Source of the DNA: Octopus sinensis | Taxonomy: Eukaryota | Direction of reading: 5' to 3' | NCBI RefSeq assembly: GCF_006345805.1 | Contig: NC_043018.1 | Location: forward strand, 8,060,001 to 8,124,000 | Length of the DNA stretch: 64,000 bases | Shown here: positions 12,374-26,076 of the stretch, one piece after another | Numbering within the stretch: position 1 is the stretch's first letter | Layout of the letters: every line of letters starts with the position of its first letter | Notes under the pieces: model-generated | Seen by the model: only the letters and a program-made list of their open reading frames with translations | The model's database searches: none | Told to the model about the DNA's origin: nothing | Translations under genes and position numbers: made by a program

Positions 12374-12513
12374 GGGCATCCAGCTGTAGAAACACTGCCA
12401 GATCTGACTGGCCTGGTGCAGCCTTCGGGCTCCCCAGACCCCAGTTGAACCGTCCAACCCATGCTAGCATGGAAAGCGGACGTTAAACAATGATGATGAT
12501 GATGATGATGATG
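12374..12513 (+). mobile_element. 5'-truncated (GAT)n-tailed SINE inserted in the left foldback arm
   Basis: GGGCATCCAGC...GTTAAACAATGATGATG; the right arm shows the empty site (TTGCATT^GTTTAT). Confidence 0.85.
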
Positions 12514-12840
12514 AATGCAATCTTCTCTTCAGGAAAGTGAAAAAAACGAAACTCGTCAATAAGACATTTTAGCAAAAAATGATGGATTTGTATAGCGATT
12601 GACTGAACGCTATTAATATTGCTTAAAAAAACGTTATATGATATATCATCATAAGTAACTAACAGAAACTTTTCCTTTATATTTAACATTCACTATTAAT
12701 ATCCCTACTCTTTCTGTTAGCTACTTATGACGTTATATCATATAACGTTTTTTTAAACAATATTAATAGCGTTCTGTCTATCGATATACAAATCCATCAT
12801 TTTTTGCTAAAATGTCTTATTGACGAGTTTCGTTTTTTTC

Positions 12841-12926
12841 ACTTTCCTGAGGAGAAGATTGCATTGTTTATACCATTTATTCTTTTGAATAGTATCAGTG
12901 GAATTTTCGAAACATGTGTCGAAAGT
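12841..12926 (+). ncRNA. Type I hammerhead ribozyme (Penelope-like element type)
   Basis: Stem I ACTTTC/GAAAGT; core CTGAGGA (12847-12853); long stem II opening GAAGATT/AATTTTC; GAAA (12909-12912); minimal stem III AC-ATGT-GT; GUC cleavage triplet 12918-12920. Confidence 0.8.
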
Positions 12927-12969
12927 AAAAATATTTGATTACACCTGCATTAAACTCCATTTATTTATT

Positions 12970-15421
<2,452 letters not shown>

Positions 15422-15587
15422 ATATACACATATATATATATGTAATTCAATACATAAACAATAATAAACCATAAAATAATTTATTTTTCAAAATGAAACA
15501 AAACTAACAACAAGATGGAAAATAATGTTTATTTTTGTATATTTCCATTTTATTTATATTTGAAATGTTTTTCTACTTTTTTTTTGT

Positions 15588-15665
15588 ATTGCAAAGCCTT
15601 TGATCAGTTTCTGAAAATTAATTTTAATTGCAAAGCCTTTGATCAGTTTCTGAAAATTAATTTTA
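15588..15665. repeat. ~39-bp tandem duplication
   Basis: TTGCAAAGCCTTTGATCAGTTTCTGAAAATTAATTTT x2. Confidence 0.88.
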
Positions 15666-16036
15666 CATAACACATCTGTTTCTATATATAGTAGAGATAA
15701 GGCATCCTGAACATTATTTTACCAGGTTTAAAATGATTTCTTTTGTGTCATGAACCATATACTATTTCTGTGGTGTCCCCTTCCTTCCCTTGATGCCCTA
15801 AGCATGTGCTTATTTTGCTTAACCCTTTAGCATTCAGCTTATTCTGTCAAATGAGATCCTTATTTATTCCCTTTGCTTTGAATTAATCCTGCATCATTTT
15901 GCAGCTTTGAGATTTTCATGATGTGATTGCTTATTTTTGGAAGGACATTGTGGGGTAGGTGTGAGAGGTTGCATCTGGCTGGTTTGATCATAAAACAGAG
16001 AATATTTAGGCCAGGTATGACCACTTTGAATGATTA

Positions 16037-16141
16037 AGATTTAATGGTTAATCCAGCCCTGTGTATCCCACAGATTTAATGGTTAATCCAGCACTGTGTA
16101 TCCCACAGATTTAATGGTTAATCCAGCACTGTGTATCCCAC
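16037..16141. repeat. 35-bp tandem triplication
   Basis: AGATTTAATGGTTAATCCAGCACTGTGTATCCCAC x3. Confidence 0.9.
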
Positions 16142-16276
16142 ACACACAAACTGACAATCTCTCTCTCTCTCTTTCCCTCTGTTACTTGCCTTCTCCCTCT
16201 CCCTTTCTCTATATTTCATCCCTCCACCCAAACCACATCCTAACCCTAAACTTTGATTCACATTTTTCTAAATCAG

Positions 16277-16482
16277 AGAGCGAACGTGAATCCCTGAAGG
16301 AACAGGTAAACTCCCTGCAGGTGATATTTGATAACCAAGAGTACAGCCCTGTGGATGTGGAGCGGATGAAGAAGGAGGAAGAACAGCTGCAGAGTCAGAT
16401 GGAAACGTTGGAGAAGGAAGATGCTGAATTAAGCCAAGAAATCTGGAACAAAGAACTTGATATTGGTAAAATTCAAGAAAAG
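16277..16482 (+). CDS. NDC80: NDC80 exon (coiled coil)
   Basis: (E)SERESLKEQVNSLQVIFDNQEYSPVDVERMKKEEEQLQSQMETLEKEDAELSQEIWNKELDIGKIQEK matches human IIDNQKYSVADIERI...LWNEEL; 206 nt phase 1/0, donor AAG|GTAAAT. Confidence 0.92.
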
Positions 16483-18180
16483 GTAAATAAACAGCAGAAA
16501 TCAACATTTTACCTTTTGTTTTTACTGTTCAGAAATATTGAATTTCTAAATATCTCATTGAGATATGTACGGTGGTGGAGCGATAGAGTGGTTGTATACT
16601 GTCAACTTAACGTGACAGTCCTGTAAGGGAATTACACCACCACTGTTTAGCCCTAGGAAGCATCAACGCTTCCTGTTGGCCTTGACACATTTCCTGTGTC
16701 CTTATATATTTACGAAGGGGGGACAAATACCCCCAACAGCTCTTATATAAGAATCCTTCCTACTTAAGGCACAAGGCCTGAAATTTGGTGTGGGTCGGGG
16801 AGATGGTCAATAACATTGACCCCAGTGTTCAACTGGTACTTATTTTATCAACCCTGGAAGATGGATTAAAGGCAAAGTTGACTTTGGTAGCATTTGAACT
16901 CAGAACATAAGGATAGACAAAACGCTTAGCAGCATTTTGTCCTGCATGATAACAATTCTGCCAGCTCACCACCTATCATTATATAATTAATCCTTTCTAC
17001 TATAGGCACAAGGCCTGAAATTTTGGGGAAGGGGACTAGTCGATTATATCAACCCCAGTGTGCCACTGGTACTTAATTCAGCAACCCTGAAAGGATGAAA
17101 GGCAAAGTCGACCTTAGCGGAATTTGAACTCAGAATGCAGAGATAGGTGAAATACCAAGCATCTTGTTCAGCTTGCTAACAATTCTGCCAGCTCGCTGCC
17201 TTTATCATTATATAATAATGCCAAGTCAGCACTAATTAGTTGACTTATAGTCAAAGACATTCCAGTCATAAGTGACCATCCTATTTCTTTACTACCCACA
17301 AGGGGCTAAACACAGAGGGGACGAACAAGGACAGACAAACGGATTAAGTCGATTACATCGACCGCAGTGCGTAACTGGTACTTAATTTATCGACCCCGAA
17401 AGGATGAAAGGCAAAGTCGACCATGGCGGAATTTGAACTCAGAATGTAGCGGCAGACGAAATACCTATTTCTTTACTACCCACAGGGGGCTAAACACAGA
17501 GGGGACAAACAAGGACAGACAAATGGATTAAGTCGATTACATCGACCCCAGTGCGTAACTGGTACTTAATTTATCAACCCCGAAGGGATGAAAGGCAAAG
17601 TTGACCTCAGCGGAATTTGAACTCAGAACATAACGGCAGACGAAATATGGCTGTGCATTTCACCCGGCGTGCTAATGTTTCTGCCAGCTCGCCGCCATCG
17701 TCATAAGTGACCATCCTGTCTGTTTCATTCAGGAACAGTGTATCAAGAGCTAACATTAGTTCCTTCTTTTTTCATAATTCTATTTGTGTCTCCTCAAGCG
17801 CTAAGACTCACAAGACTGGTTACCCAGTTTCCATGATGCATAAGTGACCAAGATCACAACATTGCCTCTAAAAAAGTCGAAAGGTAAGCTACTATAAATC
17901 GGCACGAACTTTCCAGACAACTCAATATTAGCAGGTGAAGGAGGGCAGGGTAGAGTGGCAGAAACGGAGATGCAACATAAAGAATCCATTGCAACTTTCA
18001 AAATTTCTCATACTGAGTTCAAATTCTACCAAGATTCACTTTGCTTTCCATCAGTTCCAGGACTTAGCTTTTCCTTCCCTCTCTCTCCGTCTCTCTCTTT
18101 CTCTCCAATGTTTGGCTTCATACAGCCAATATAAAAAGTCTTTATTGGAATAATTGGAAGAATATTATACAAAATCAAAA

Positions 18181-18848
18181 TCATCATCATCATCGTTTAA
18201 CGTCCGCTATCCATGGGTTGGACAGTTCAACTGGGGTCTGGGAAGCCAGAAGGCTGCATTAGGCCCAGTCTGATCTGGCAATGTTTCTACAGCTGGATGC
18301 CCTTCCTAACACCAACCACTCCGTGAGTGTAGTGGGTGCTTTTTATGTGCCACCAGCACAGGTGCCAGACAGAGCTGGCAAACGGCCATGCTCAGATGGT
18401 GTCTTTTTATGTGCCACCGACACAGGTGCCAGACGAGGCTGGCGAACGGCCACGCTCAGATGGTGTTTTTTTATGTGCCACCGACACAGGTGCCAGACGA
18501 GGCTGGCGAACGGCCACGTTCGGATGGTGTTTTTTTATGTGCCACCGACACAGGTGCCAGACGAGGCTGGCGAACGGCCACGCTCAGATGGTGTCTTTTT
18601 ATGTGCCACCGACACAGGTGCCAGACGAGGCTGGCGAACGGCCACGTTCAGATGGTGTTTTTTTATGTGCCACCGACACAGGTGCCAGACGAGGCTGGCG
18701 AACGGCCACGTTCGGATGGTGTTTTTTTATGTGCCACCGGCACAGGTGCCAGACGAGGCTGGCGAACGGCCACGCTCGGATGGTGTTTTTTTATGTGCCA
18801 CCGACACAGGTGCCAGACGAGGCTGGCGAATGGCCACGCTTGGATAGT
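18181..18848 (-). mobile_element. (GAT)n-tailed SINE carrying eight 64-bp tandem units
   Basis: CATCATCATCGTTTAACG tail end; units start at 18347, 18411, 18475, 18539, 18603, 18667, 18731, 18795. Further copies near 5990-6235, 7080-7370, 10770-10990, 11160-11330, 23280-23540, 29245-29690, 39499-39813, 47428-47680, 49190-49450, 55390-55630, 59690-59960, 60362-60670. Confidence 0.88.
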
Positions 18849-18920
18849 GTTATGACTCTTCACAATTAATAAACAATTTTTTTTCTCTTTTTCATCCCAT
18901 TTTTTTCATATTATTTCCAG

Positions 18921-19067
18921 TTAAACGAGAAATCTAAGCAATACAACAGACTGGCCCAAAATTTGCAGCTGATACCAACAACTGCAGAAAATGCTGGTGG
19001 CTTAGATTTTGAAATGAAACCAGGCCGTCTCTTTGACAGCACCCAGGAACAATTCAAAAATCATAAG
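18921..19067 (+). CDS. NDC80: NDC80 exon containing the Ndc80 loop
   Basis: LNEKSKQYNRLAQNLQLIPTTAENAGGLDFEMKPGRLFDSTQEQFKNHK vs human [33 protein letters not shown] acceptor, AAG|GTTAGT donor; 147 nt phase 0/0. Confidence 0.95.
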
Positions 19068-19090
19068 GTTAGTCAGATATTATTTTAAAA

Positions 19091-19474
19091 CTAGCAGTAT
19101 CGCCCGGCATTGCTCGGTTTTGTAAGGGAAATAACTATATAAGCATTTTTAGAGAGTTATAGCCAAAAAATAGCAAAAAAATGCATTAAAAATGGAAAAA
19201 AAATTATGGTAAATTTTTTTTTAAATCGTTGACTCATCGTAGACATTTTTAGAGAGTTACTTCCCTTATATTTAAAAAATATGCATTAAAATGGAAAAAA
19301 ATGATGGTAAATTATTTTTAAAATCGTAGACGTGCGCTAATACCCAGAAGGGCTCGATATGAATCACGACTATAAGATACCCAAATTTGGTTAAACTGCA
19401 CTGCAAAATGTGGGAGTAGTTAGGAATCTAAATTGGAGTAGACAGACACACAACCTTACTTCTATATATAAAGA
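19091..19474 (-). mobile_element. Non-autonomous Helitron
   Basis: Same termini as the 874 family; A|T target. Confidence 0.87.
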
Positions 19475-19868
19475 TATTCTTTAAAAAATATTTCTATATC
19501 TTTTATCTTCTAGCTCTTCTAGTCATTAGTCTGCACGACCTTGAAGAATTCTCATCAAATAGATTGACTCCAGCACTTTTTTTTTAAGCCTGCTCCTTAT
19601 TCTATCAGTCTCTTCTGTTGAAGCACTAAGTTACAGGGACATAAATACACAAACACCAGTTGTGAGCAGGTGATGAGGGACAAACAGACACAAAGACACA
19701 CACATATCGGTCGCTGTAACATAACACTTTTCCTCTGCCATAAGGCCGAATTCAATTTGTCTCCAGTCGAAAGACGCTTGTTGTGATGTCCTGTTATTAT
19801 TATTATTATTATTGTTGTTGTTGTTTTTTTTCGTATTATTATAATTCATTAAACCCTACTGTTTCCAG

Positions 19869-19958
19869 ATGCATATATGGGCAGTGAAGGAAAAGATCAC
19901 TGAAGCACTGCACTCCTGCAACACCGAGAAGGGACGTCACATGGATATAAACGAACGG
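19869..19958 (+). CDS. NDC80: NDC80 exon
   Basis: TTTCCAG acceptor, MHIWAVKEKITEALHSCNTEKGRHMDINER, donor CGG|GTAAGC; 90 nt phase 0/0. Confidence 0.82.
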
Positions 19959-20194
19959 GTAAGCTGCCATGTTTTGCACACTGGACCTGCTAGAAATAAC
20001 AGTTAATTTCTCTCCTGTAACATACCACCATCTTAATCAAGGAAGAATACTTTAGATAGAGATGAGCTGATCATGGTTAGAATGTCTGATAAACCAGAAC
20101 TTAGTTGGTGCTAAATAACATGGGTGCTTGAACAAGGCTGCTTGACTTGCTAAAAATAGCACCCAAATCTCACATTGTGTCGTGTAAAACTAGG

Positions 20195-20488
20195 AAGCAC
20201 CTCGAAAGAGCTGTTCTTCACTCCTGCTCCAGAGCGTCGGCTGTGGGGTCAGTCCGAAAAGCTCTATCTGCGACGATTTTATCTCAATCGAAGGAGAGGG
20301 GCTTTCTCCGTCCGGGTTGCGGATCCATGGAATAAGCTGCCGGACGAGATAGTGAAGATGCCGACGACCGCTCGGTTCAAAGTCTCTCTTGACCAGAAAT
20401 GGCCTGAACTCTTTGCATGAACACCCTCCCTGTACATAACTCCATGTCCCCCTACATGGCCTTGCTTTTTTGCTTTTTGAGCCAAAAA
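20195..20488 (+). mobile_element. CR1-type LINE 3' fragment (same family as 119-370)
   Basis: SKELFFTPAPERRLWGQSEKLYLRRF...WNKLP...WPELFA; ends AATTAACTTAAC. Confidence 0.85.
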
Positions 20489-20760
20489 ATTAACTTAACA
20501 TCAGTTCATGTAATCCATGATACGGTAGGTCTTAATGAATGCATTAGATGAGAGATATACAGGGTCAGAGCTGACCTGGCTACAATCACACACCACCATA
20601 ACATGTTGCTTCTGAGATAGCAATAAACTACAGGAACCCCTTTTACCAACACATGCAAAGCAACAAAACCTGCTTCTGTGTAGCTGCTTGGCTTGTTAGA
20701 AATAGCAGACAAACCTCCCCCATGTCACATCCTTACTTTACTTATCTAAGTCCTTTAACC

Positions 20761-21176
20761 GGATCTTTTCGGTTTGAACGGCAGTTTTTTAAAATAATTT
20801 CCACATAACTAAACACTTTTAAACTTCGTATACTGGTAGAATGTGTTTATGAAACATCTTTTTCTCTTGGCTTTATTGAGAAAATTCTATAGTTTGTAAG
20901 ATATTTGTTGTTTTTTTCTTCAGTTTCTGCAATTTCAACCAATCAATGACGTCTATTGAGGTGAAAACATTCTGTGTCGTATGAATATGTCCCTCGTTTA
21001 AGAAACAGATTGGGTTTATTTACATTTCTGAAGAAAAAAAGATACCCTTCCCCCCACCCCTAACCCTAACCCTAAAACAGATTGAAATGCAATAGATCGA
21101 TACTAGGGTCATAATTACGGGTGACAATTTCATATGACACCGCTAGAAAAAACTGCCGTTCAAACGGAAAAGATCC
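20761..21176 (+). mobile_element. MITE with ~29-bp TIRs and 8-bp TSD
   Basis: TIR GGATCTTTTCGGTTTGAACGGCAGTTTTT; TSD CTTTAACC on both sides; superfamily (hAT/P/Merlin) not determinable. Confidence 0.88.
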
Positions 21177-21184
21177 CTTTAACC

Positions 21185-21790
21185 TCTATGGTGCATAGGG
21201 CCATGAATGACTTTTCTCCTGTTCTCAACTCGGGGCTGTCTTTACTGCTTCCCTCCAGTTTGATTCCTATTTTTACTCATCTGCCTCGTTATCCCACCTC
21301 CGGCTATTTTTAGAGTATCCTCCCTCCCACCTCGCTTGTAAGTTCCAGATCAGGTCCTCGCATATGATGTTTCCATCTGGGAAGACCTACCTCTTCTTGG
21401 TCTTGTTTGTTTGGAATTATCAGAGATCCTTTTGTAACTTTGTCTTTGTCTGGGAAGAGGTCTTGGTCCTACCCAAACCCATTTTTACCTCTGGGAAGAG
21501 GTGATATAAGTCTGGGCCCCGTCTTTGATCTGTCCAGTACAGGGGCCCAAGCAAGAGCCTTGTGCTTTACTGGCATAGCTCTTGAGGTCATTGAGGCATA
21601 CTAGTCACTATTGCCTTCCAGGTGAGTTTGTCATGGGGATGCCGCAATGTGTAACCATAGTCTTCTTGTCCAGAAGAGTTCCCTCAAGAGGTGAGAGACT
21701 GCAGCAAGCATAAAGTAGTCGGTTTGAAAGTCTGCAACAACTACAGCTGTTGACCCCTGAGTTACAGCTTCCTCAGTGACTAACCTACAC
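21185..21790 (-). mobile_element. Heavily decayed RTE-like LINE 3' fragment
   Basis: Minus strand LQTF..., YGYTLRHPHDKLTWKA and terminal FMALCT resemble the RTE ORF end. Confidence 0.5.
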
Positions 21791-22384
21791 GCTCTAGGTG
21801 ACTGTTGCACCCCAAGAGGGTCCAGACTATATTGAGGGCTAGCAGTCGGCAGGTGGATATCTCCAGGATCGTTTGGCATGATGCTGGAGACGTCAGCCTA
21901 AGACGCCGTCAGCCTGGCGGGTGGCCGCCGCCTTCGCGCCACCTTGCTTTACGTGCGCCAATCGCCCAGTGCTCCGCCACGCTACCGTGCCCGATATCAA
22001 AAGAACGAACCGAAGCTCGCGGTATTGCCCACGTACATGTGGACGTACCCGCGACTGATGCCAGAAGGCTGTCACGAGATACACGTGGTCGATACAGCGA
22101 CATGGTCCGTCCCGTAAATTCCCGAAAGATGACAACTGCGGCTAGCATAGGTAGGGGCCGCCAGCAGCAGGCCTGCGCCAGAAGAGTTCCCTCAAGAGGT
22201 GAGAGACTGCAGCAAGCATAAAGTAGTCGGTTTGAAAGTCTGCAACAACTACAGCTGTTGACCCCTAATTTACAGCTGTTGACCCCTAACTTAAAGCTTC
22301 CTCAGTGGCTAACCTACACAACATACACACGCATGTGCGACTCCCAAACACCAACTGTTAAATCATTGTCATGTTCTAATTCAG

Positions 22385-22477
22385 GAGAATGACCAGTGCA
22401 GTGAGAAAGAGGCCCATATTGTCCGGCTGAAGAACAACCTGGAACGACTGAAGAAAGACTACAAATGTGACAAGCAA
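22385..22477 (+). CDS. NDC80: NDC80 exon
   Basis: TTCAG acceptor, ENDQCSEKEAHIVRLKNNLERLKKDYKCDKQ, donor CAA|GTAAGT; 93 nt phase 0/0; heptad pattern. Confidence 0.82.
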
Positions 22478-23064
22478 GTAAGTACTCTTTTACTCGTTTC
22501 AGTCATCTGACTGTGGCCATGCTGGAGCACCGCCTTTAGTCAATCAAATCAACCCCAGGACTTATTCTTTGTAAGCCTAGTACTTATTTTATCGGTCCCT
22601 TTTTTGCCGAACCGTTAAGTTACAGGGACGTAAACACACCAGCAACAGCCACGATCGGATGATGCTGTTTATGTGCCACCGACATGGGGCCCAAGCGAGG
22701 CTGGCAAACGGCCACGATCAGATTGTGCTTTTTACATGTCACTGGCACAGGTGCCACACGAGGCTGGCAAACGGCCACGATCGGATGGTGCTTGTTACAT
22801 ACCACTGGCACAGGTGCCAGATGAGGCTGGCAAACGGCCACGCTCGGATGGTGCTTTTTACTTGCCACCGGCACGGGGGCCCAGGTGAGGCTGGCAACGG
22901 TTTACCTTTATTGCGACACACCCCTCTTTCACAATTGTACACTCTTATGAAATAGTCTCTCTCTCTCTGTTTTACAGTGTTATAATGTTCTTTCTTTCCT
23001 TCTCTATCTCTCTCTCCCTCATTCCTACAGTAACATCATTTGTGTCTTTGTGTCTCTTATGCAG

Positions 23065-23204
23065 TTACATGAACAATGTATCGAAACCAAGCAGGAGCTG
23101 TACGACAAAGGTTATGAGGAAATGAACGAGAACAAGAAAGCCTTAGAAATTTGCACATTGGAGTTGGACCTACTTCGTGAGGATTTGGAGAAAATTAAGG
23201 AGCA
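23065..23204 (+). CDS. NDC80: NDC80 exon
   Basis: TATGCAG acceptor, LHEQCIETKQELYDKGYEEMNENKKALEICTLELDLLREDLEKIKE, donor CA|GTAAGT; 140 nt phase 0/2. Confidence 0.82.
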
Positions 23205-24062
23205 GTAAGTGTTTTTGAGGAAAGTGTTTGCCAGGGACCAAATCCTTAGGCTTCCAAACAAATCCCTTCCGTCCTCCTCCATCATCATCATCATCATCAT
23301 CATCATTTAGCGTCCGCTTTCCATGCTAGCATGGGTTGGACGGTTCAACTGGGGCCTGGGAAGCCAGAAGGCTGCACCAGGCCCAGTCCGATCTGGCAAT
23401 ATTTCTACGGCTGGATGCCCTTCCTAACGTCAACCACTCCGAGAGTGTAGTGGGTGCTTTTTACGTGCCACCCGCACAGGAGCCAGAAGGAGCTGGCAAC
23501 GGCCACGATCGGATGGTGCTTTTTACGTGCACGGGGGCCAGTCAAAAGGATAAAATTAATGTGAGAAATAATCAGGTTGATTTGTCGAACAAATGTTAAA
23601 AAATACAGTTGTATGTTTATAAGCAGTCACTTTTTTCTTTTTTTTTACTTGTTTCAGTCATTTGACTGTGACCACCTTTAATCGAGCAAATCAACCGCCA
23701 GGACTTATTCTTTGGAAGCTTAGTACTTATTCAATCGGTTCTCTTTTGCCAAACCGCTAAGTTACAGGGACGTAAACATATCACCATCGGTTGTCAAGCG
23801 ATGTTGGTGGGGAACAAACACAGACACACACACACACATGTGTTGTGAGTGTTTATTGAGTGAAAACACGTAAAGCTCCACGAGGTTCTGACAGGGGTGT
23901 TGGCAATCCCTGCTGTACTCTTTCGCCACAACTTTCTCTCACTCTTTCTTCTGTTGGCCTGCTTGCTTAGTCAGCGGGGTGGCGTCATTTGAAGGCTAAA
24001 ACAATACGAAGCGCATTGTGACCGGCGATGTGTAGCAACATCTGATAGCCTGGTCGGTTACG

Positions 24063-24103
<41 letters not shown>

Positions 24104-25099
24104 AATAGTAAAAAGTGAAAAAACTACAGAAGGCTTGTTTTAAAAGGTTAAAAAATATATATATTTGCGTCAATATGTCTGAAGAATATTAAAAATTTTT
24201 TTCTTACAATGACATAATTTAGAAGAAAGACCGGTTTCGCGTTTAGCTTTTCAATTTCTTGCGACATTATGTTTATCTTGAACATATTATATGTATATAT
24301 TTGTAACAACTGTATTGTGAGCAAGCCATTTAATAACAACCAAAAGGCTTAAATTCATTCTAAATTTAAATTTATTTCATGAGGTGTCAATTCTTTTGTC
24401 ATACAACCTGATTATATATGCATGCAGATGTGTATGTATGTCTGTGTTTGTGTTTCCATGTCTTGACATTGCATGATTGGTGTAATTTCCAATTTTCTTT
24501 GGAAACATCGTCTGTCTTTCGGGAAATATTACCTTAATTGGAAACAAGTAACGGTTGCTGACAAGAATAGCATCCATAGAGAACCTGCCTCAATAAACTC
24601 CATGCAAGTAGGGAAAAGTGAGCATTAAAATGATGATGACGATATATAAGGCGGCGAGCTGGCAGAAACGTTAGCACGCCGGTCGAAATGCGTAGCCGTA
24701 TTTCGTCTGCTGCTACGTTCTGAGTTCAAATTCTGCCGAGGTCGACTTTGCCTTTCATCCTTTCGGGGTCGATTAAATAAGTACCAGTTTCGCCCTGGGG
24801 TCAGTGTAATTGACTTAATCCCTTTGTTTGTCCTCTCTATGTTTAGCCCCTTGTGGGCAATAAAGAAATAGATATATAAGTGTTATCGTCAACGTCTTTT
24901 ATCATCCATTTTCCCATGCTGGTATGGGTTGGATGATTTAACAGGAATTGGTGAGGCTGGGGGCCACCTCAGGCTCCATTTGGCATGGTTTCGAAGGCTG
25001 GATGCCCTTCCTAATGCCAACCACTTCACATAGCATACTAGGTGCTTTTTACATGACACTTGCACTTGCATATGCATTTGGATTTCAGCAGCTGCTTGT

Positions 25100-25500
25100 T
25101 TTCCTCTTTTTTTTTTTCCTTGTTTTATAAAATTATCAACCATCGTACAAACGATAACTCTGAGCACCTTTTCAATCTCCACCCATCTAACACCCGTGGA
25201 CATATTTACAAAGTCAGAAAACAGCACAGCTCCCATGACTTCAGGAAACATTTTTTCACGCTGAGAGTTGCTGAAGCATGGAACAAACTGCCGGCATCAG
25301 TTGTTAGTTGTCGGAGCACTGCATCCTTCAAAACTTCCATGCTTCCTGAGACTCACCAACACTACACCTGATTTTCTCCCTTCCATACACACACAAGCAT
25401 GTATCTGACTCATACACTGTTCACTTCCCAGACATTTGTACATTACTGCATATACTCTGACAAGTTATGGTGCACCTAAGCACTGTATACAATAATTTCA
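25100..25500 (+). mobile_element. CR1-type LINE 3' fragment (second family)
   Basis: SNTRGHIYKVRKQHSSHDFRKHFFTLRVAEAWNKLPASVVSCRSTASFK. Confidence 0.8.
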
Positions 25501-25591
25501 TTATTATTTTTTATTATCATATCTATTTCTTTTTACTCTTAGATTTTCTCTGGTCAACTACACACATATATATTATTTTATTTATTTATAG

Positions 25592-25694
25592 ATCAGCCCA
25601 AGAAATGGCAGAATTTAATAAAAAAGAGAAAGATAGTTTGGAATTCCTGCAGAAGGTCACTAATCGAGTGGCTGAGCATAAATCCAGAATTAAG
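25592..25694 (+). CDS. NDC80: NDC80 exon
   Basis: TTATAG acceptor, (Q)SAQEMAEFNKKEKDSLEFLQKVTNRVAEHKSRIK (cf. human LQRLLEMVATHVGSVEK), donor AAG|GTATGT; 103 nt phase 2/0. Confidence 0.87.
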
Positions 25695-25709
25695 GTATGT
25701 TTTTAGACA

Positions 25710-26076
25710 TCTCTATATATATAAACAGCAAAATGTCTGTGTGCGTGTGTCCTTTATACAAATCCACACTTTTTCAGTTAGAGGGCTCGCACTTTCTATG
25801 GTCATTCAAAACCGTCCAAGGGTGGTTGTGCACATCTTTACATTTCCCCAGTCACCCTGCAAAGCCAGTAAAAAAATCAATAGAAGTGACTTTTTTGTGA
25901 ATTTTCTATCCAAAACCCAATCAAAATGCCCGAAACTTGATACTCCAATTGAATGCTAGCTAGCTGTATATGATTGGTCGGATATTTGGACAGTATTCAC
26001 GTGTATGTGTGCACGCATGCAGCTGTATATGCATGCACTAGCACTATGACCCGGCAACGCCGGGTCATAGTGCTAG
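25710..26076 (+). mobile_element. Non-autonomous Helitron (second family)
   Basis: A|TCTCTATATATATAAAC ... CCCGGCAACGCCGGGTCATAGTGCTAG|T. Confidence 0.82.

Noticed and set aside
18281-18869. Three overlapping 155-188 aa ORFs
   Set aside because: Produced by the 64-bp SINE unit; the same peptides recur at every SINE copy.
21058-21078. Chromosome end or interstitial telomere
   Set aside because: Only ~3 CCCTAA units, internal to a MITE.
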